A stretch of DNA of 64,000 nucleotides from Camelus ferus (taxonomy: Eukaryota). The stretch is from the NCBI RefSeq assembly GCF_009834535.1, contig NC_045696.1:14448001-14512000 (forward strand), given 5' to 3'. Position numbers and translations under genes: made by a program. Numbering within the stretch: the stretch's first letter is position 1; each line of letters opens with the position of its first letter. Below the pieces are notes generated by a model that was given only the letters and a program-made list of their open reading frames with translations, did not search any database and was not told the DNA's origin. Below, one piece after another: positions 26,130-38,549 of the stretch.

Positions 26130-26215
26130 GGGGGATGGGATAGCTCAGTGATTGAATGCAAGCTTAGCATGCATGAGGTCCTGGGTTCAATCCTTAGAAC
26201 CACCATTAAAAAAAG
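26130..26215 (+). mobile_element. Camelid tRNA-Ala-derived SINE (Vic-1 type), short form
   Basis: A box tagctcagtg, cttagcatg anticodon arm, B box ggttcaatcc, polyA; TSD agaatattt (26119-26127, 26216-26224). Confidence 0.85.
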
Positions 26216-27277
26216 AGAATATTTGGGGGGAAAAAGTTCATCAACAGCATCTGAAATATTAACCCCAATCAAAGAGAGAAATGAATAAAATTAGTTAAGT
26301 GATTTGGTTGTGAAGAAAGTGGAGAAAGGTTAACTAGATAAGAAAACAGTTACTGATAAATTACCTTTGAAAAGTATAATATACATATTTTAAATCATGT
26401 TCTCTCTCAGCTTCTTAAAACTGGAAATAATTTAGAATATGAGAAATTTTATAGCATATAGCATACACCACAACACTCTTTTTAGTAATGTAACTATTTT
26501 TTTCAAGTGCACAAATTGGAAAACAGCAGAATTTTGAATCTGAGATAAAAATACTTTCATATAATTTTGAGAAAAAGTTATTTCATAATTTGGTAAATTT
26601 AACTGAAAAATATTTACATTGAAACAAATTTCTATAATGATATGCTGAATATTGATTTGTTTTTTTTCCAAATCAAGCACAAGTATTGTTGACCGTTGAA
26701 CAACACAGGTTTGAATTGTGTGGGTCCACTTACATGTAACTTTGTTTTCTATAAATATATTGAAAACTTTTTTTGAGATTTGCAACAATTTGGAAAAACT
26801 TGTACACTGCATAGTCTAGAAATATAAAAAAATTAACAAAAAGTTAGGTATGTCATGCATGCATAAAATATATGTAGGTACTAGTCTATTTTATCATTTA
26901 CTACCATAACATATACAGAAATCTATTACAGAGCATTAAAGTTCTCCAACAAACACTTAAAGACCACTCACGAGGCCATTCATAGTCCAAAGAAATGTAA
27001 ACAAATGTAAAGATACAGAGATACAGTGTTAACTCATAACTACATAAAATTAAGTGTAGTGCATACTGTACTATTATCATAACTCTGTAGCCATTCTTGT
27101 TGCTATTGCAGTGAGCTCAGGTGTTGTATCTGCGAGAAACACCATGTGATGGTAATCATCTCCGCATGTGCAGTTCATCTCTCAGGTAAATTGCATATCT
27201 CAATAAAAAGTGACCTCTTGCAGTGATCACATATTTTTTCCTCAGGTTTCTCGCAGTACCAGATACTAAATAACACC

Positions 27278-29140
27278 CTGGGACCCATATAAAGTGCCAC
27301 TAGTCATGCTGGAAGTGCTCCCAAGAAGCAGAGAAAAGTCATGACATTACAAGGACAAGTGGATTGCTTGACATGTGCCTTAGATTGAGGTCTGCAGCTG
27401 TGGCTGCCCATCACTTCAAGATAAGTGAATCCAGCATCAGGATTATTGTGAAGAAGAAGAAGAAGAAGAAGAAGAAGAAGAAGAAGAAGAAGAAGGAGAA
27501 GGAGAAGAGAAGGAGAAGGAGAAGGAGAAGGAGAAGGAGAAGGAGAAGGAGAAGGAGAAGGAGAAGGAGAAGGAGAAGGAGAAGGAGAAGGAGAAGGAGA
27601 AGAAAGAAGGAGAAGGAGAAGAATGAAGGAGAAGAAGGAGAAGAAGAAGAAGGAAAAAGAAAAGGAAATCCATGGAGCCATTGCTACAGATACTATAGCA
27701 GGTGTAAAAACATCTACTTTTGCAAAATAGTTTTTATCTTGTACTGAAAATACAGCTTTTATTTAAATGCAGGTTTGCTATGAAAAAGTCATACCTATAG
27801 AAAAAGGGAAGTCATTAAATCACAATTTATAAGGAAGGTGAAGGATCAAAAATTGGGGAATTAAGTGCCAGCAAAAGTGGTTTGATCACTGTAGAAAGCA
27901 ATTTGGCTTAAAAAATGTCAAGATAACAGGAGAAGCAGCTTCTATTGACCGAGAGGCAGCAGCAGAGTTCCCAAATGCCATTAGGAAATCATTGAGGAGA
28001 AAGGATATCTGCCTAAATAGTTTTTTTTTTTAAATGCAGATGAATGTGCCATATTCTGAAAAAAAGTGTTACAAATGACACTTGTTAGTAAGGGAGAGAA
28101 GTAGGCACTGGGATTTATGGGGTAGGCTAAACGCACTATTTTGTGGAGTTGGATGCAGTTGGATTTATGATCAGGACTGCCCTTATCTACAAAGCTGCTA
28201 AGCCCTAGCCTTGAAGGGGAAAAATAAACACCAGCTGCCAGTATTCTGGTTGTACAACAAGAAGCTTGGAATGCGAATCTCTTTTCTGGGTTGGTTCCAT
28301 TGGTGCTTTGTCCCTGAAGTCAGGAGGCAACTTTCCAGTAAAAGATTGCCTATTAAAGATCTTTTGATATTGGACAATGCCCCTGGCCACCCAGAATCCC
28401 ACGAAGAAGTGACATCTTCAACATTTAAGGTGTCAAACTGGTCTACCTGCTCCCAAACATGACATCTTTAATCCAGCCTCTAGATCAGGGGGTTGGTAAA
28501 GTGTTTTAAGGTGCATTACACATGGCCCTGTATGGAAAGCATTGTCAGTGCTATAGAATAGAACCCCAAAAGAACATCATTGACGTCTGTAAGGATTACA
28601 CCATTGAAGATGCCATCATTGTTACAAGAAAAAAAAAAAAAAGTTTGAAAGCGATTAAGCCTGAAACAACAAATTCCTGCTGGAGAAAACTATGTCCAGA
28701 TGTTGTGCATGACTTCACCGGATTTAGGACAGAGGCAATCAAAGAAATCATGAGAGACTGTGGATATGGCAAAAAAAAAAAAATGAGGGGTGAAGTATTT
28801 CAAGATAAGTATCTTGGAGAAATTCAAGACTAATAGACACCACACCAGAGGAAATAAGAGAGGACAACTTGATGGAGATGAATGCTTCTGAACCAGTGTC
28901 AGACCATGAGGAAGAAGACATAGAAGAAGCAGTGTAGAAAACAAATTGATATCAGGCAATCAGACAGAGAGTTCTGATTATTTAAGACTGTGTTTGACTT
29001 ATTTTATGGCATGGACCTTTCTACGGTATGTGCACTGAAACTGGAAGAAGAATTGGTACCATGTAGCAACACTTTTAGAAAAATGAAAAAGCGAAAATTT
29101 CAGACGGAAATGTTGATGTATTTCTGTAAAGTTGCACCGG
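27278..29140 (+). pseudogene. Decayed Tigger2 transposase (HTH + DDE/D domain)
   Basis: APKKQRKVMTLQ, LDMCLRLRSAAVAAHHFKISESSIRIIVKK, NADE, WFHWCFVPEVRRQL, LLILDNAPGHP, IQPLDQG, IKPETTNSCWRKLCP; multiple frameshifts and stops. Confidence 0.9.
27450..27668. repeat. Compound (AAG)n-(AGGAGA)n polypurine microsatellite
   Basis: About 220 bp of purines with a single T (27624). Confidence 0.97.
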
Positions 29141-29255
29141 GTGTGTCTGCATCTCCTGCCTCCCCTACATCTGCTTCCCAACCCAGAGACAGCAAGATCA
29201 ACCCCTTACTCTCCCTTCTCCTCCTCAGCCTACTTCAGTATAAAGACAGAATGAA

Positions 29256-29404
29256 GGAGAGAGCATGGTTCAAGTGGTAGAGTGTGTGCTTAGCATACAC
29301 AAGGTCCTGGGTTCAATCCCCAGTACCTCCTCTTAAAATAAATAAATAAGTAAACCTAATTACTTCTCCCCTCCAAAATAAAATAAATGAATAAATTAAA
29401 AAAA
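29256..29404 (+). mobile_element. Camelid tRNA-Ala-derived SINE (long-tail form) inserted in Tigger2
   Basis: ttcaagtggtagagtgtgtgcttagcatacacaaggtcctgggttcaatccccagtacc + tail aaataagtaaacctaattac; short TSD aatgaa. Confidence 0.85.
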
Positions 29405-30559
29405 AATGAAAACCTTTAAAATGATTCACTTCCACTTAATGAATAGTAAATAATCACCATGCTGCACAATTTATAAACTTATCTGTTGTGTATGTGTCTG
29501 TGGGAAAATCCACCCATACAAAAAGAACCGTATGAGAAGTTCATATGCCATAATCATCTTTATTGCCTAAACATTCATTGTGTAGAACATTGTGCAAAAG
29601 TCTTTTATTGAGGTGGATAGTCTATCCTTACACAGGCATAAGGTGAGTGATAATCAATATAAAATTAATAATTAGTTTTCTTATTGTTTTATAATTTTGC
29701 TTTCAAAGTATTACATTACTGTACAGAATGCCTCTCTCTGTCATAATTAGAGAAACCTATCATCACAAGTAAATGGTTTTTTTTAAGAAGTAACAATGTT
29801 TCCAATATTTTATTATGACTATGACTATAATACTGAATGCTATAAACATTTATAATGATTCATTCATCAGTGTATATGCTAGGCTTCCATGAAGCAATCA
29901 TGCTGATTACACTAGGATACCATAAAACAATCACACTGTTGCTTTTTCTTTATCAATGCACATTATACCTATAGATAAATATAAATTTCTTTTCCACATT
30001 TTTGACATCTAGTATTAGTAATCAGTATCACATCTACAGTGTTTTGTATCATACAAGACACTATTGATACAGCTACTGACAGATGTACATCTTGTAAACA
30101 GACAAGATACACTTATGGTATCAATAAATACAGTACTATAAATTATTTCCCCTTCCTTATGATTTTCTTAATAAGATTTTCTTTCCTCTAGCTTACCTTA
30201 TTGTACAAATACAGTACCTAATATATTTAATATATATTAAACAACTATTTATGTTATTGGTAAGATCAACAGTAGGCTATTATTACTTAAGTTCTGGGGA
30301 AAGTCAAAATTATATGCCAATTTTTTTTTACTGTGCAGAAGGTCAGTGCTCTTAACCCCCACATTGTTCAAGGGTCAACTGTAGTTCCTTAAAGGGCTGA
30401 CAAATAATGAATGACAAGGAAGTCTAGTCTTAGAAAAGTATATTTGCACTGAGTTTGTCAATAGGTTCCACTGAACCTTGCCAGTATGGAGTTCTGTTAC
30501 ATTTCATTCTAGTTTAAGTCATCGGCGACCACACACACCATGTCATCAAGAAGACAGTA

Positions 30560-31308
30560 TGGTAGCCCCATCATGTGAGGTTTTGTTTTCCATAGTCTGT
30601 TACCCACTGTCAACCATGGTCCAAAAATATTAAATGAAAAATTCCAGAAATAACCAATTCATAAGTTTTAAATTGCGCTGAGTGGTCATCTAGGCTATCA
30701 GATCCACTGTCAAGGCATCTCAGTGCTTGTGTTCAAGAAACCCTTATTTTACTTCATAATTGCCCCAAAGTGCAAGAGTAGGGATGTTGGCAGTTGAGAA
30801 ATGTCAAAGAGAAGCCGTGAAACACTTCCTTTAAGTGGAAGTGTGAACATTTTCAACCTAATAGGAAAAGAAAAGGAAAAACAACACATGCTAAGATTGC
30901 TAAGACCTGTGGTAAGAATGAATCTTCTTGCTATGCAATTGTAAAGAAGAAAAATAAGTTGTGCACGTTTTGCTGTCGAAATTCAAACTGCAAAAGTTAT
31001 GGCCACAGTGTGTGATAAGTACTTAGTTAAGATAGAAAAGGCATTAAATTTATAAGATATTTTAAGAGAGCAAGAGAGACCACGTTCACATAACTTATGT
31101 CATTACTGTATATTGTTGTACTTGTTCTGTTTCTTTATCAGTTATTATTGTTAATCCCTTACTGTGCCTAACTTATAAATTCAACTTTATCATAGGTTCA
31201 CACATACAGGAAAAGACATAGTACCTATAGGTTTTGGTACTATCTGTGGTTTCAGGCATCCACTGGGGGTCTTGGAAGGTATCCCTGTGGATAAAAGAGG
31301 AACTAACA
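30560..31308 (+). mobile_element. MER44-type (Tigger7-derived) non-autonomous transposon
   Basis: gtcaaccatggtccaaaaatattaaatgaaaaattccagaaataa...ggtttcaggcatccactgggggtcttggaa. Confidence 0.85.
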
Positions 31309-31624
31309 TGTTAAAATATTTTCTCAAAGCATTGATGTAATTGTATTAGCTGTTATTTACTTACATTTTCAGCCTTTTGCACATTTGATTTTGTTCCAGA
31401 AAATTTATCTCAGTATAAAACATGCCAAGTTACTATGCGAATGGCAATTGACAAGAAGCTTGCGTCCTGTTGATCATGGCACAGTCTCATATAAACTCCA
31501 TTCCTAAGCCATGGTCCTAGTTCAGGTCTTTAGTCTCTCTTGCCCTGTCCGTTCCAGTAACTCAGCTCTTTTCCATCCAGTCATCCTCCTTCCACTGGTT
31601 GCCATATAGATTTTTCCAAATGTA

Positions 31625-32306
31625 CAGAGGGAGGACTTGTTTTATGGTTTCTTCACTTCATTTTGCTTTGCAGATATTAAATTTTTTAAAAATTGAAGGT
31701 TTGTGACAACCCTGTATTGAGCAAGTCTACTGGTGCCATTTTTCCAACACCACTATTTTTTTTTTATCAAAGTATAGTTGATTTACAATGTTACATTAGT
31801 TTCTGGTGTACAGCATAGTGATTCAATTATACATATATTCTTTTTCTTTATAGGTTATTGCAAGATATTGAATATAGTTCCCTGTGTTACATGGTAGGAC
31901 CTTGTTGTTTATCTATTTTGTATATTGTAATTTGTATCTTTTAATCCCAAACTCCTAATTTATCCCTCCCCCCTTTCCTCTTTGGTAACCATGAGTTTGT
32001 TTTCTATGTCTGTGAGTCTGTTTCTGTTTAATAAATAAGTTCACCTGTGTCATTTTTTTCAGATTCCATGTATAAATAATATTATGTATTTGTCTTTCTT
32101 TGACTTACCACTATTTTTTAATTAAGGTATGTACATTGTTCTTTTAGACATAATGCCATTGCATACTTAACAGATCACAGTATAGCATAAATGTAACTTC
32201 TGTGTGCACTGAGTAACCAAAAAAATCAGGTGACTCACTTTATTCCGATGTTTGCTTTATTGCAGTAGTCTCGAACCACACCTGTAATATCTCCCAGGTC
32301 TGCCTG
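31625..32306 (+). mobile_element. Tigger1-derived non-autonomous element (Tigger1a-like), split by L1
   Basis: ttgaaggtttgtgacaaccctg..gagcaagtcta; aattaaggtatgtacattg...caggtctgcctg; 5' TA. Confidence 0.85.
31762..32106 (-). mobile_element. 5'-truncated L1 3' end
   Basis: aagtatagttgatttacaatgtt...gtttctggtgtacagcatagtgattca...; perfect TSD accactatttttt (31749-31761, 32107-32119). Confidence 0.9.
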
Positions 32307-33084
32307 TGCAATCATGTCACTTGTCTTCAAAAAGTTTTCAAGTGATTGCTTACAACCAAACGATAACGGAAAACCCTAGATTGGCTTACAGGGCTCTTCA
32401 GGCCATGGGCCCTGCCTAGGTGTGCAGCTTCACCTGCATCTACTCTCTTGGTCCCCTCGCAGGGTCGGCATCCTCCCAAGATACCACGTCATGGCACTTC
32501 CTTGGCTGGGGCTGCTCTTTCTCCTTGCCGCTCTCCCTTCAAATTCAAATGTCAACTTCCCCAATTTATCGAGAAATACCATTAAGTTTTCTTTTTTTTT
32601 TTTTTCTGACACCTTATATGCAACTCCATTAGAACACTAGTTACTATTGTTTTGAACTTCTTGCTAATCCAGCATTTTCACCTAGAGGTCCTTTACCGAC
32701 TCCTTGCTGAAAGAATGAGTGAGAAACAAACAGCGGCTTAGCAAACATTAAGGACCTGGGATGTCTTACTGCTGTCTCCACCAGGCTGCTGGAACTTTGT
32801 GATCACACACCTGACATAACTGATGTCCTCACATGACCAGAAAGTCCATGGCCAGACCATTGTCCTACGATGGAAAGTCCTCCGAGAAACAGGCTCTCTA
32901 GAGATGGTGCACTCCAGTTTGGAAACATTTTAAAACATAATTAAACCACCTCTTTTATTATATACGTGAGAGAAATCAAGCCCGAAAAGTGAGGAAATTT
33001 TGCTAGAATAACTGTTGAAATGGGAGGTAGGACAGAACTAAACGAGACTGTCCGGATACCCAGTCAGATAGTCTTTATATCTAT

Positions 33085-33230
33085 TTATCCATCTGTCATC
33101 TATCATCTGTCTAGCTCTTCATTTATTTATTCATTTGTTAAATATTATTAAATACCTACTACCACTATGTTGAAGACACCATGCTAGGTGTTATTAGTAC
33201 AAAAACAAATGTAGAAATCCTGTAAAGAAT
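33085..33230 (-). mobile_element. L2 3' end
   Basis: tttattcatttgttaaatattattaaatacctact...accatgctaggtg. Confidence 0.6.
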
Positions 33231-35377
33231 TCACACTTTAGCTCTCACCTCTCTCCTTTCTCTCCCTCTTCTGTTCATCCTTCCTTCTACCTAGGGAGAC
33301 CTTGTCAGATGGGTCTTCAGCTAAATTCTCTAAGTGAATTGAGTGATGGAGGAAAATTAGCACTGAATCGGGCATCCTTTGAGCCAGGTTGCAGTTCAGA
33401 CTCTGCCTCTAGGCTTTGAGGCCTTAATAGTCACTTCCCCTTTCCCAGCATCAGTTCACAGATCTCAGAAGTCTCGGTGATCTCTACTCTGCCTCTGTAA
33501 AGGCCACTTTGAGAGGCAGATGATGGAGAGTCTGCATTTCCAAGTGGTTGCCTTTCGAACCCTGAAAGTTGGGATTGATTCTCTGCCCTACTACCTGTTA
33601 GCTGTGTGACTACTTCTCGTGTTCAATTCGGGGTTGTATTAGTCACCTTCTCTTTGTAAGGATTAGCAAGATTGTAAGTAGGGATCAAACTCTAACATTT
33701 AGGACATTATCAATTAACATAAATCTTATCTCATTATTCTCAGATATGTTTGGGGGTACTTTATCCATACTAAACTTTCTGTAGATACCTAAGAAATTAT
33801 TTCCCGCTACACATACTAGCTAAAGCCTACCCCTCCTGAGATGACATACCAATCTCCTTAGCCTCTACACTAGGATGTAAGGGTTTTCTCCCATAATTCC
33901 ACACCTTTGCTAACAAAAATCAGAAAAAATGCTGGGTGCACAGCAAGGGCCAGGAGCCTGAGGCTTTGTGAAATGAGGGCTACTCTGGAGTAAACTGTCA
34001 CTGTTCAGAAAATAAAGAATGAGTCAGACCATGCCTAATTTCACAGGAAGAAGATTAGTTGCAGCAGAAAACATGTGGAGTTAATCTAGTTAGAAAGGAA
34101 ATATTAACATCTTGAATTCCACAAAAAGACTCCTACCTTTGCAGTTTGTTGGATTATTTACAAAGCCCCATTCTAGTTCTGCATAAATGCAGTGGGTACA
34201 TTACAGAAGGTCAAATCAAGGATGGCTATTGTTACAGTGAACGTTTGTGTTTTATGTATATATATTAAAAGACTTATCCCACATATGTAGCCTTTACTGC
34301 TATGGAACCTAGGGATTCTTGAAAGAATTGAAACAAAAGTGCTATTTACATAATGTTCTTTTGTGTTCCATTTTGGCTAAATTTTGAAATCTGATTTTAC
34401 TTGGAATAGAGTCAGAAGAGTACGCTTCTACAACATGGAAGGCAGTTGTAGTTGGAATAAATTAGTCTTTCATTAATTTAGAGTCCCAACTGACTGCTAA
34501 TTTTTTTTGTGATTCAGAACTTGAAATTTGCTTTCTCTAATAGCTCCTGAAATTACTACAAATTTTCATAGTTACCGAGATCCCTGTCTTCATCATTTTT
34601 ACTTTCTTTTGTGTTTGACCCAGGAAGGATAGAATTTATTTCTGTCCAATTCTATCTGTCGACTTGTCTCCAGCTTCCGTTTTGCTCTGCTTTTGGTTTT
34701 GGGACTTTTCTTCCTCTTCAGCCTTAGACAAAATGTATCCTTCTTCAGGTACCTTTTTCAGCATTTCTTATTTATTTATTTATTTGTTTAATTATTTGAA
34801 ACTTCTGTAGGTGATCCTAAAAGGATCCTTAAAGACATAATACTGGAACAGATAAATAAATAAGGACTTTAAAGATAACCAAATCAGGACAATTATGCAG
34901 TAGTTTAGCTCGTCTCCAAAAGTTAGTTACATAAAAAGAAAATTACCTAATTTACGTTATGTTTCCCAAAGAATTTTCTATATATCTGAAGATCCTAGCA
35001 TCATTCTGTTATGTAGATCCAAAGTAATGAAATCTTTTACTGGTATATATGTATATATTTTTATCGGGAACATATTTTACAATCATAAACAAGAAATGTA
35101 TCTTTCTAAACATAAAAATTCTAGAATATTATTTTTCTTAAGTTCCTAAAGTTTAAAATCTAAAGATATTAGAAAAGTATATATATACACATAAAAATGT
35201 ATATATTATATAAAGCTATATATACATACCATGTATATACATACATAAATTAGAAGTTCTTACAATCCAAAATCAATAATTTCAAATCCATAATTATGTA
35301 AATCACAATAATCTATGCTTAATCTGAATTCTCAAACAACACCTTAAAATGGCTACTTTTTGTTAGTGCTTATGAAG

Positions 35378-35720
35378 CTGTTGTCACCAGTAGGACTAGA
35401 AGGGCAATGAGAACAGGTGGTGTTACTTGAATCCAGAAATCATGGCGACTCCACAGCTGCTGGAATCATGATGGATAGCTGTGGTCAGGAGTGGGAGCCA
35501 CAGAGGAACCAACTACAACCAGAGACACCACAGGAAAGAGAAAATGGAGAAAGAATCTGGTTTCTCCTTCCTCTAACACTCCAGTCATTGGTTTCAGCTT
35601 CTCACCTGGAAGGTTGGAAGCAAGGGCTTAAAAAAAAAAAAAAAGATGAAGGGTTTTCTATAAAATGCAACAAAACTGAAGAAGGGCAGGACATAGACCT
35701 CAGAGAAGACAGCAGTCCAG
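35378..35720. mobile_element. Old ERVL-type LTR remnant (family uncertain)
   Basis: ctggtttctccttcctctaacactccagtc...gaagggcaggacatagacctcagag resembles ancient LTR motifs. Confidence 0.3.
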
Positions 35721-36190
35721 CAATCCTCCCTCCTGCTTGACCCACCAAAATTAACCAAGTGGTTTTGGATAAATCATTGGTTTACTGTGAAACTATGTAG
35801 AAAATAAAAATGTTGCATGCTATTACTGCCTCACAGGATAACTCGGAGAAGTAAATTAGGTGACGAGTATGAATTCTTTGTTTATATGATAAGACCCAAT
35901 ATAAAAACAGACTTTTACTACTGTTGTATGCAACAAAGCATAAAATTTCTTGCTCTGATGATAATTGAGCTATAGCAAAGATTTTTAACACAAAGTATAT
36001 TCTGGAGGTAAATTTCTAATTTATGTGATTGGGAAAGCTTTTATTGATGATTTTATAGCACTTGTGGAAAGATAAAGTTAATTTCAACTAATGCTGGAAT
36101 TTATGGCTTTATATATATTGTTTATGTGTGTGTGTGTGTGTATACATATATACATATATATATAAAATTATGTGCATATATGTGTGTGTG

Positions 36191-36557
36191 TATTAAGGGA
36201 CTTAAACAAGGAAGTAATTAAGCTGAGGTGGCCCTAATGCCTTGGTAGCGTATGTAATCAAACTAAAACTTAAGCTAGAATCAATGCACTTGAATCTGAG
36301 AAAACAAAACTTAGAAAACACAATCACAAACATCCAAGTAGGCTTTCCCAAATAAGACAACTGCTTAAGCTATAGCCAATTAAATACATTTTTTGCTTTG
36401 CTTCAGCTTCTTCTCCATGTAACCTTGACATGAGCCCACTAGATTTTGTTCCTGGAGTGTGCTTAGCCACCTTTGGCTTGGCACTCCCTTATTTGAATAG
36501 ATGTATGCTTAAATAAACTCTTGAAAATTTTAATGTGCCTCAGTTTATCTTTTATCA
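36191..36557 (+). mobile_element. MER57/LTR54-like ERV1 LTR inserted in a TA/TG-rich tract
   Basis: attaagctgaggtggccctaatgcc...tagccaatta...aaataaactcttgaaaattttaatgtgcctcagtttatctttta. Confidence 0.65.
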
Positions 36558-38228
36558 TATATGTATAATTTTTTATGTATGATGTATATAAGAATAGATA
36601 TAATACTTTTATATATATGATAAAAGATACAGTAAAATATATAAAATTTATGTAATATATATGTATTTTACTTTGAGACCTAATATAATGCTATGGTTTT
36701 ATTTAATATAATAATTTTATATTAATATTTTGGGGAGAAATTGAGGTTCTTCATAAATGACATGTGAATTTCACTTCCCAACTTGGTTAAGTTAAACCAT
36801 CTTTGGTAACATTTTTGTAACTGTAAAAACCATTTCTGGACAATTTCTATTGGCATTTTGCAGGCAATACTCAAAAATATATAAAAAGTTGAATTACTTA
36901 AATTGATAATATCAATTAATTTGGGGCATTAATGAGAGCTTCAAATGCATTTTTATGAGACTAACAAGATCTTCTAGTAACAGCAAATTTTATCCACCAT
37001 GAATTATAAATACTATTTATATTTAAGTTAAAGCCAAATGTCATGAAGTAGCTTTTCTCCTTTAAAAATAGTTAAATATATTTAAACATATAAAACTCTT
37101 TTAAGTCAAAGAAACAGCTCACAGTGCCCTTGTAATGACTGTCTTAACTCTAAGTCTTGACTCCCATAGAAGAGCCAAAAATGCCAGTTTTGCTGCTGAC
37201 TCCAGTAGAAGCCAAAGGATACCTTTTCATTAAAGAGTTGTGTTGGCAGAAACAGTATAGATGGGGAGACAAGTCCCTGAGATGGAAAAGACAAGTAAGC
37301 AGAAGAGCTAAATAAGAGGAAAGTGTAAGAAGTGCAGGGATGCTGTGGTATCAGGGGAGAAAATGAAGCCAAGGTAAAAGGATCCTCAGACAGAATCAAG
37401 TGAAAGGAAGCCATACTGCACATTGAAACAGTTACAAATGAGGAAAGAAGTGAGCGTGGCTGGAGTGGGGGTGCAATCTTCTGGAAAGCAACAGCATGTG
37501 CTGTAGTGTTGATGGGGAGGAAAACCTTCAGAGCAGAGCAAGGAAAACTTATTGAATGGTGAGGGGAGTCCCATCAGAGTTGCCTAAAATAGGCGAATGC
37601 CTGCTTGGAGCTCTCCTTTGTACAGTTTCTCTCTAGATAGTGGACTGTAATTTTTGTATCTTCTTCCAGGTCTGTTTTCAAAGTTTGTTTGTTTGTTTGT
37701 TTGTTTTTCATAATGAGCAAACATTACTTGACTAAGGTGGGAAACTTTTGTAAAATTTAAAATTAACATATTTTATATATCATATAATTAAAAGTTATAT
37801 GTGCACTAAAAAATGGCAAGAAGTATCCATTAGAGCAAAGTATCCATTATGGTTATCTCTGAATGTTGGGTGAATTTCTTTTTTAAAAAAACTTTTCCTT
37901 AAATCCCACATTTTCTATAGTATTAGAGTACTTATTTCCCCTAAGATAGAAAAAAAAAAAAACCCTAAAATTTCATAAAAATGATGCAACTAAAAATAAG
38001 CTACACCTTATTGACCAAGTATTTCCACTGACCTAACTAACTCACAAGGAGGGGTTAAAATCCTTACTCTTCTATTAACTAGGTCTCCTGAATAATAAAA
38101 CAAGCCTTCATTAGTCATGAAGAGTACCACTTATTACCAAGTAGATTACTCTTTTCACAGACCAGTTGTACTCTGAAGTTCTCTTTTTATATGCATATGT
38201 AAAATGTAACTTTAAAAAATTCTCCTTA

Positions 38229-38517
38229 CAGTTGGCCTTCCATATCTGCTGTTTTGCATTCCCAGATTTAACAAATCACAGATAGAAAATATTTTTTAAA
38301 AAATTACAGAAAGTTCCAAAAAGCAAATCTTGAATTTGCCTGGTGGCAATAATTTACATAGTATTTACATTTGCATTATATTAGATATTATAATTAATCT
38401 AGAGAATATTTAAAGAATATGGGAGGATATGTGTAGGCTATATGTAAGTACTATGCATTTTATATGAGACTTAAGCATCGCTGAATTTTGATATTCACGG
38501 ATACCAAGGAATGACTG
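38229..38517. mobile_element. MER2-type Tigger MITE
   Basis: TA-cagttggccttccatatc...cacggataccaaggaatgactg-TA. Confidence 0.85.
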
Positions 38518-38549
38518 TACTAAAATATTAACCTTTTTACATATAAGTA

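Larger units (their letters stand above)
26686..30381 (+). mobile_element. Near full-length Tigger2-family (TcMar-Tigger) DNA transposon, long variant
   Basis: TIRs ttgttgaccgttgaacaac / tgttcaagggtcaactg flanked by TA (26684-26685, 30382-30383); internal pogo-type transposase remnants. Confidence 0.92.
31505..32660 (+). mobile_element. L2 LINE fragment split by the Tigger1 derivative
   Basis: ccatccagtcatcctccttccactggttgcca...gatttttccaaatgta | atcatgtcacttg...ggcttacagggctcttcagg...ggccctgcct reads as continuous L2 across the insertion. Confidence 0.55.

Noticed and set aside
26130..26206. Functional tRNA-Ala(AGC) gene
   Set aside because: Stem mismatches, polyA tail and TSD indicate a SINE or retroposed copy; the same applies to 29256 and 53951
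27304..27747. Poly-K/R, poly-SP/L and poly-SF ORFs as real proteins
   Set aside because: All are translations of the purine microsatellite in different frames
28211..28833. Domesticated TIGD-type gene
   Set aside because: ORF is fragmented by frameshifts and stops and lies between intact TIRs
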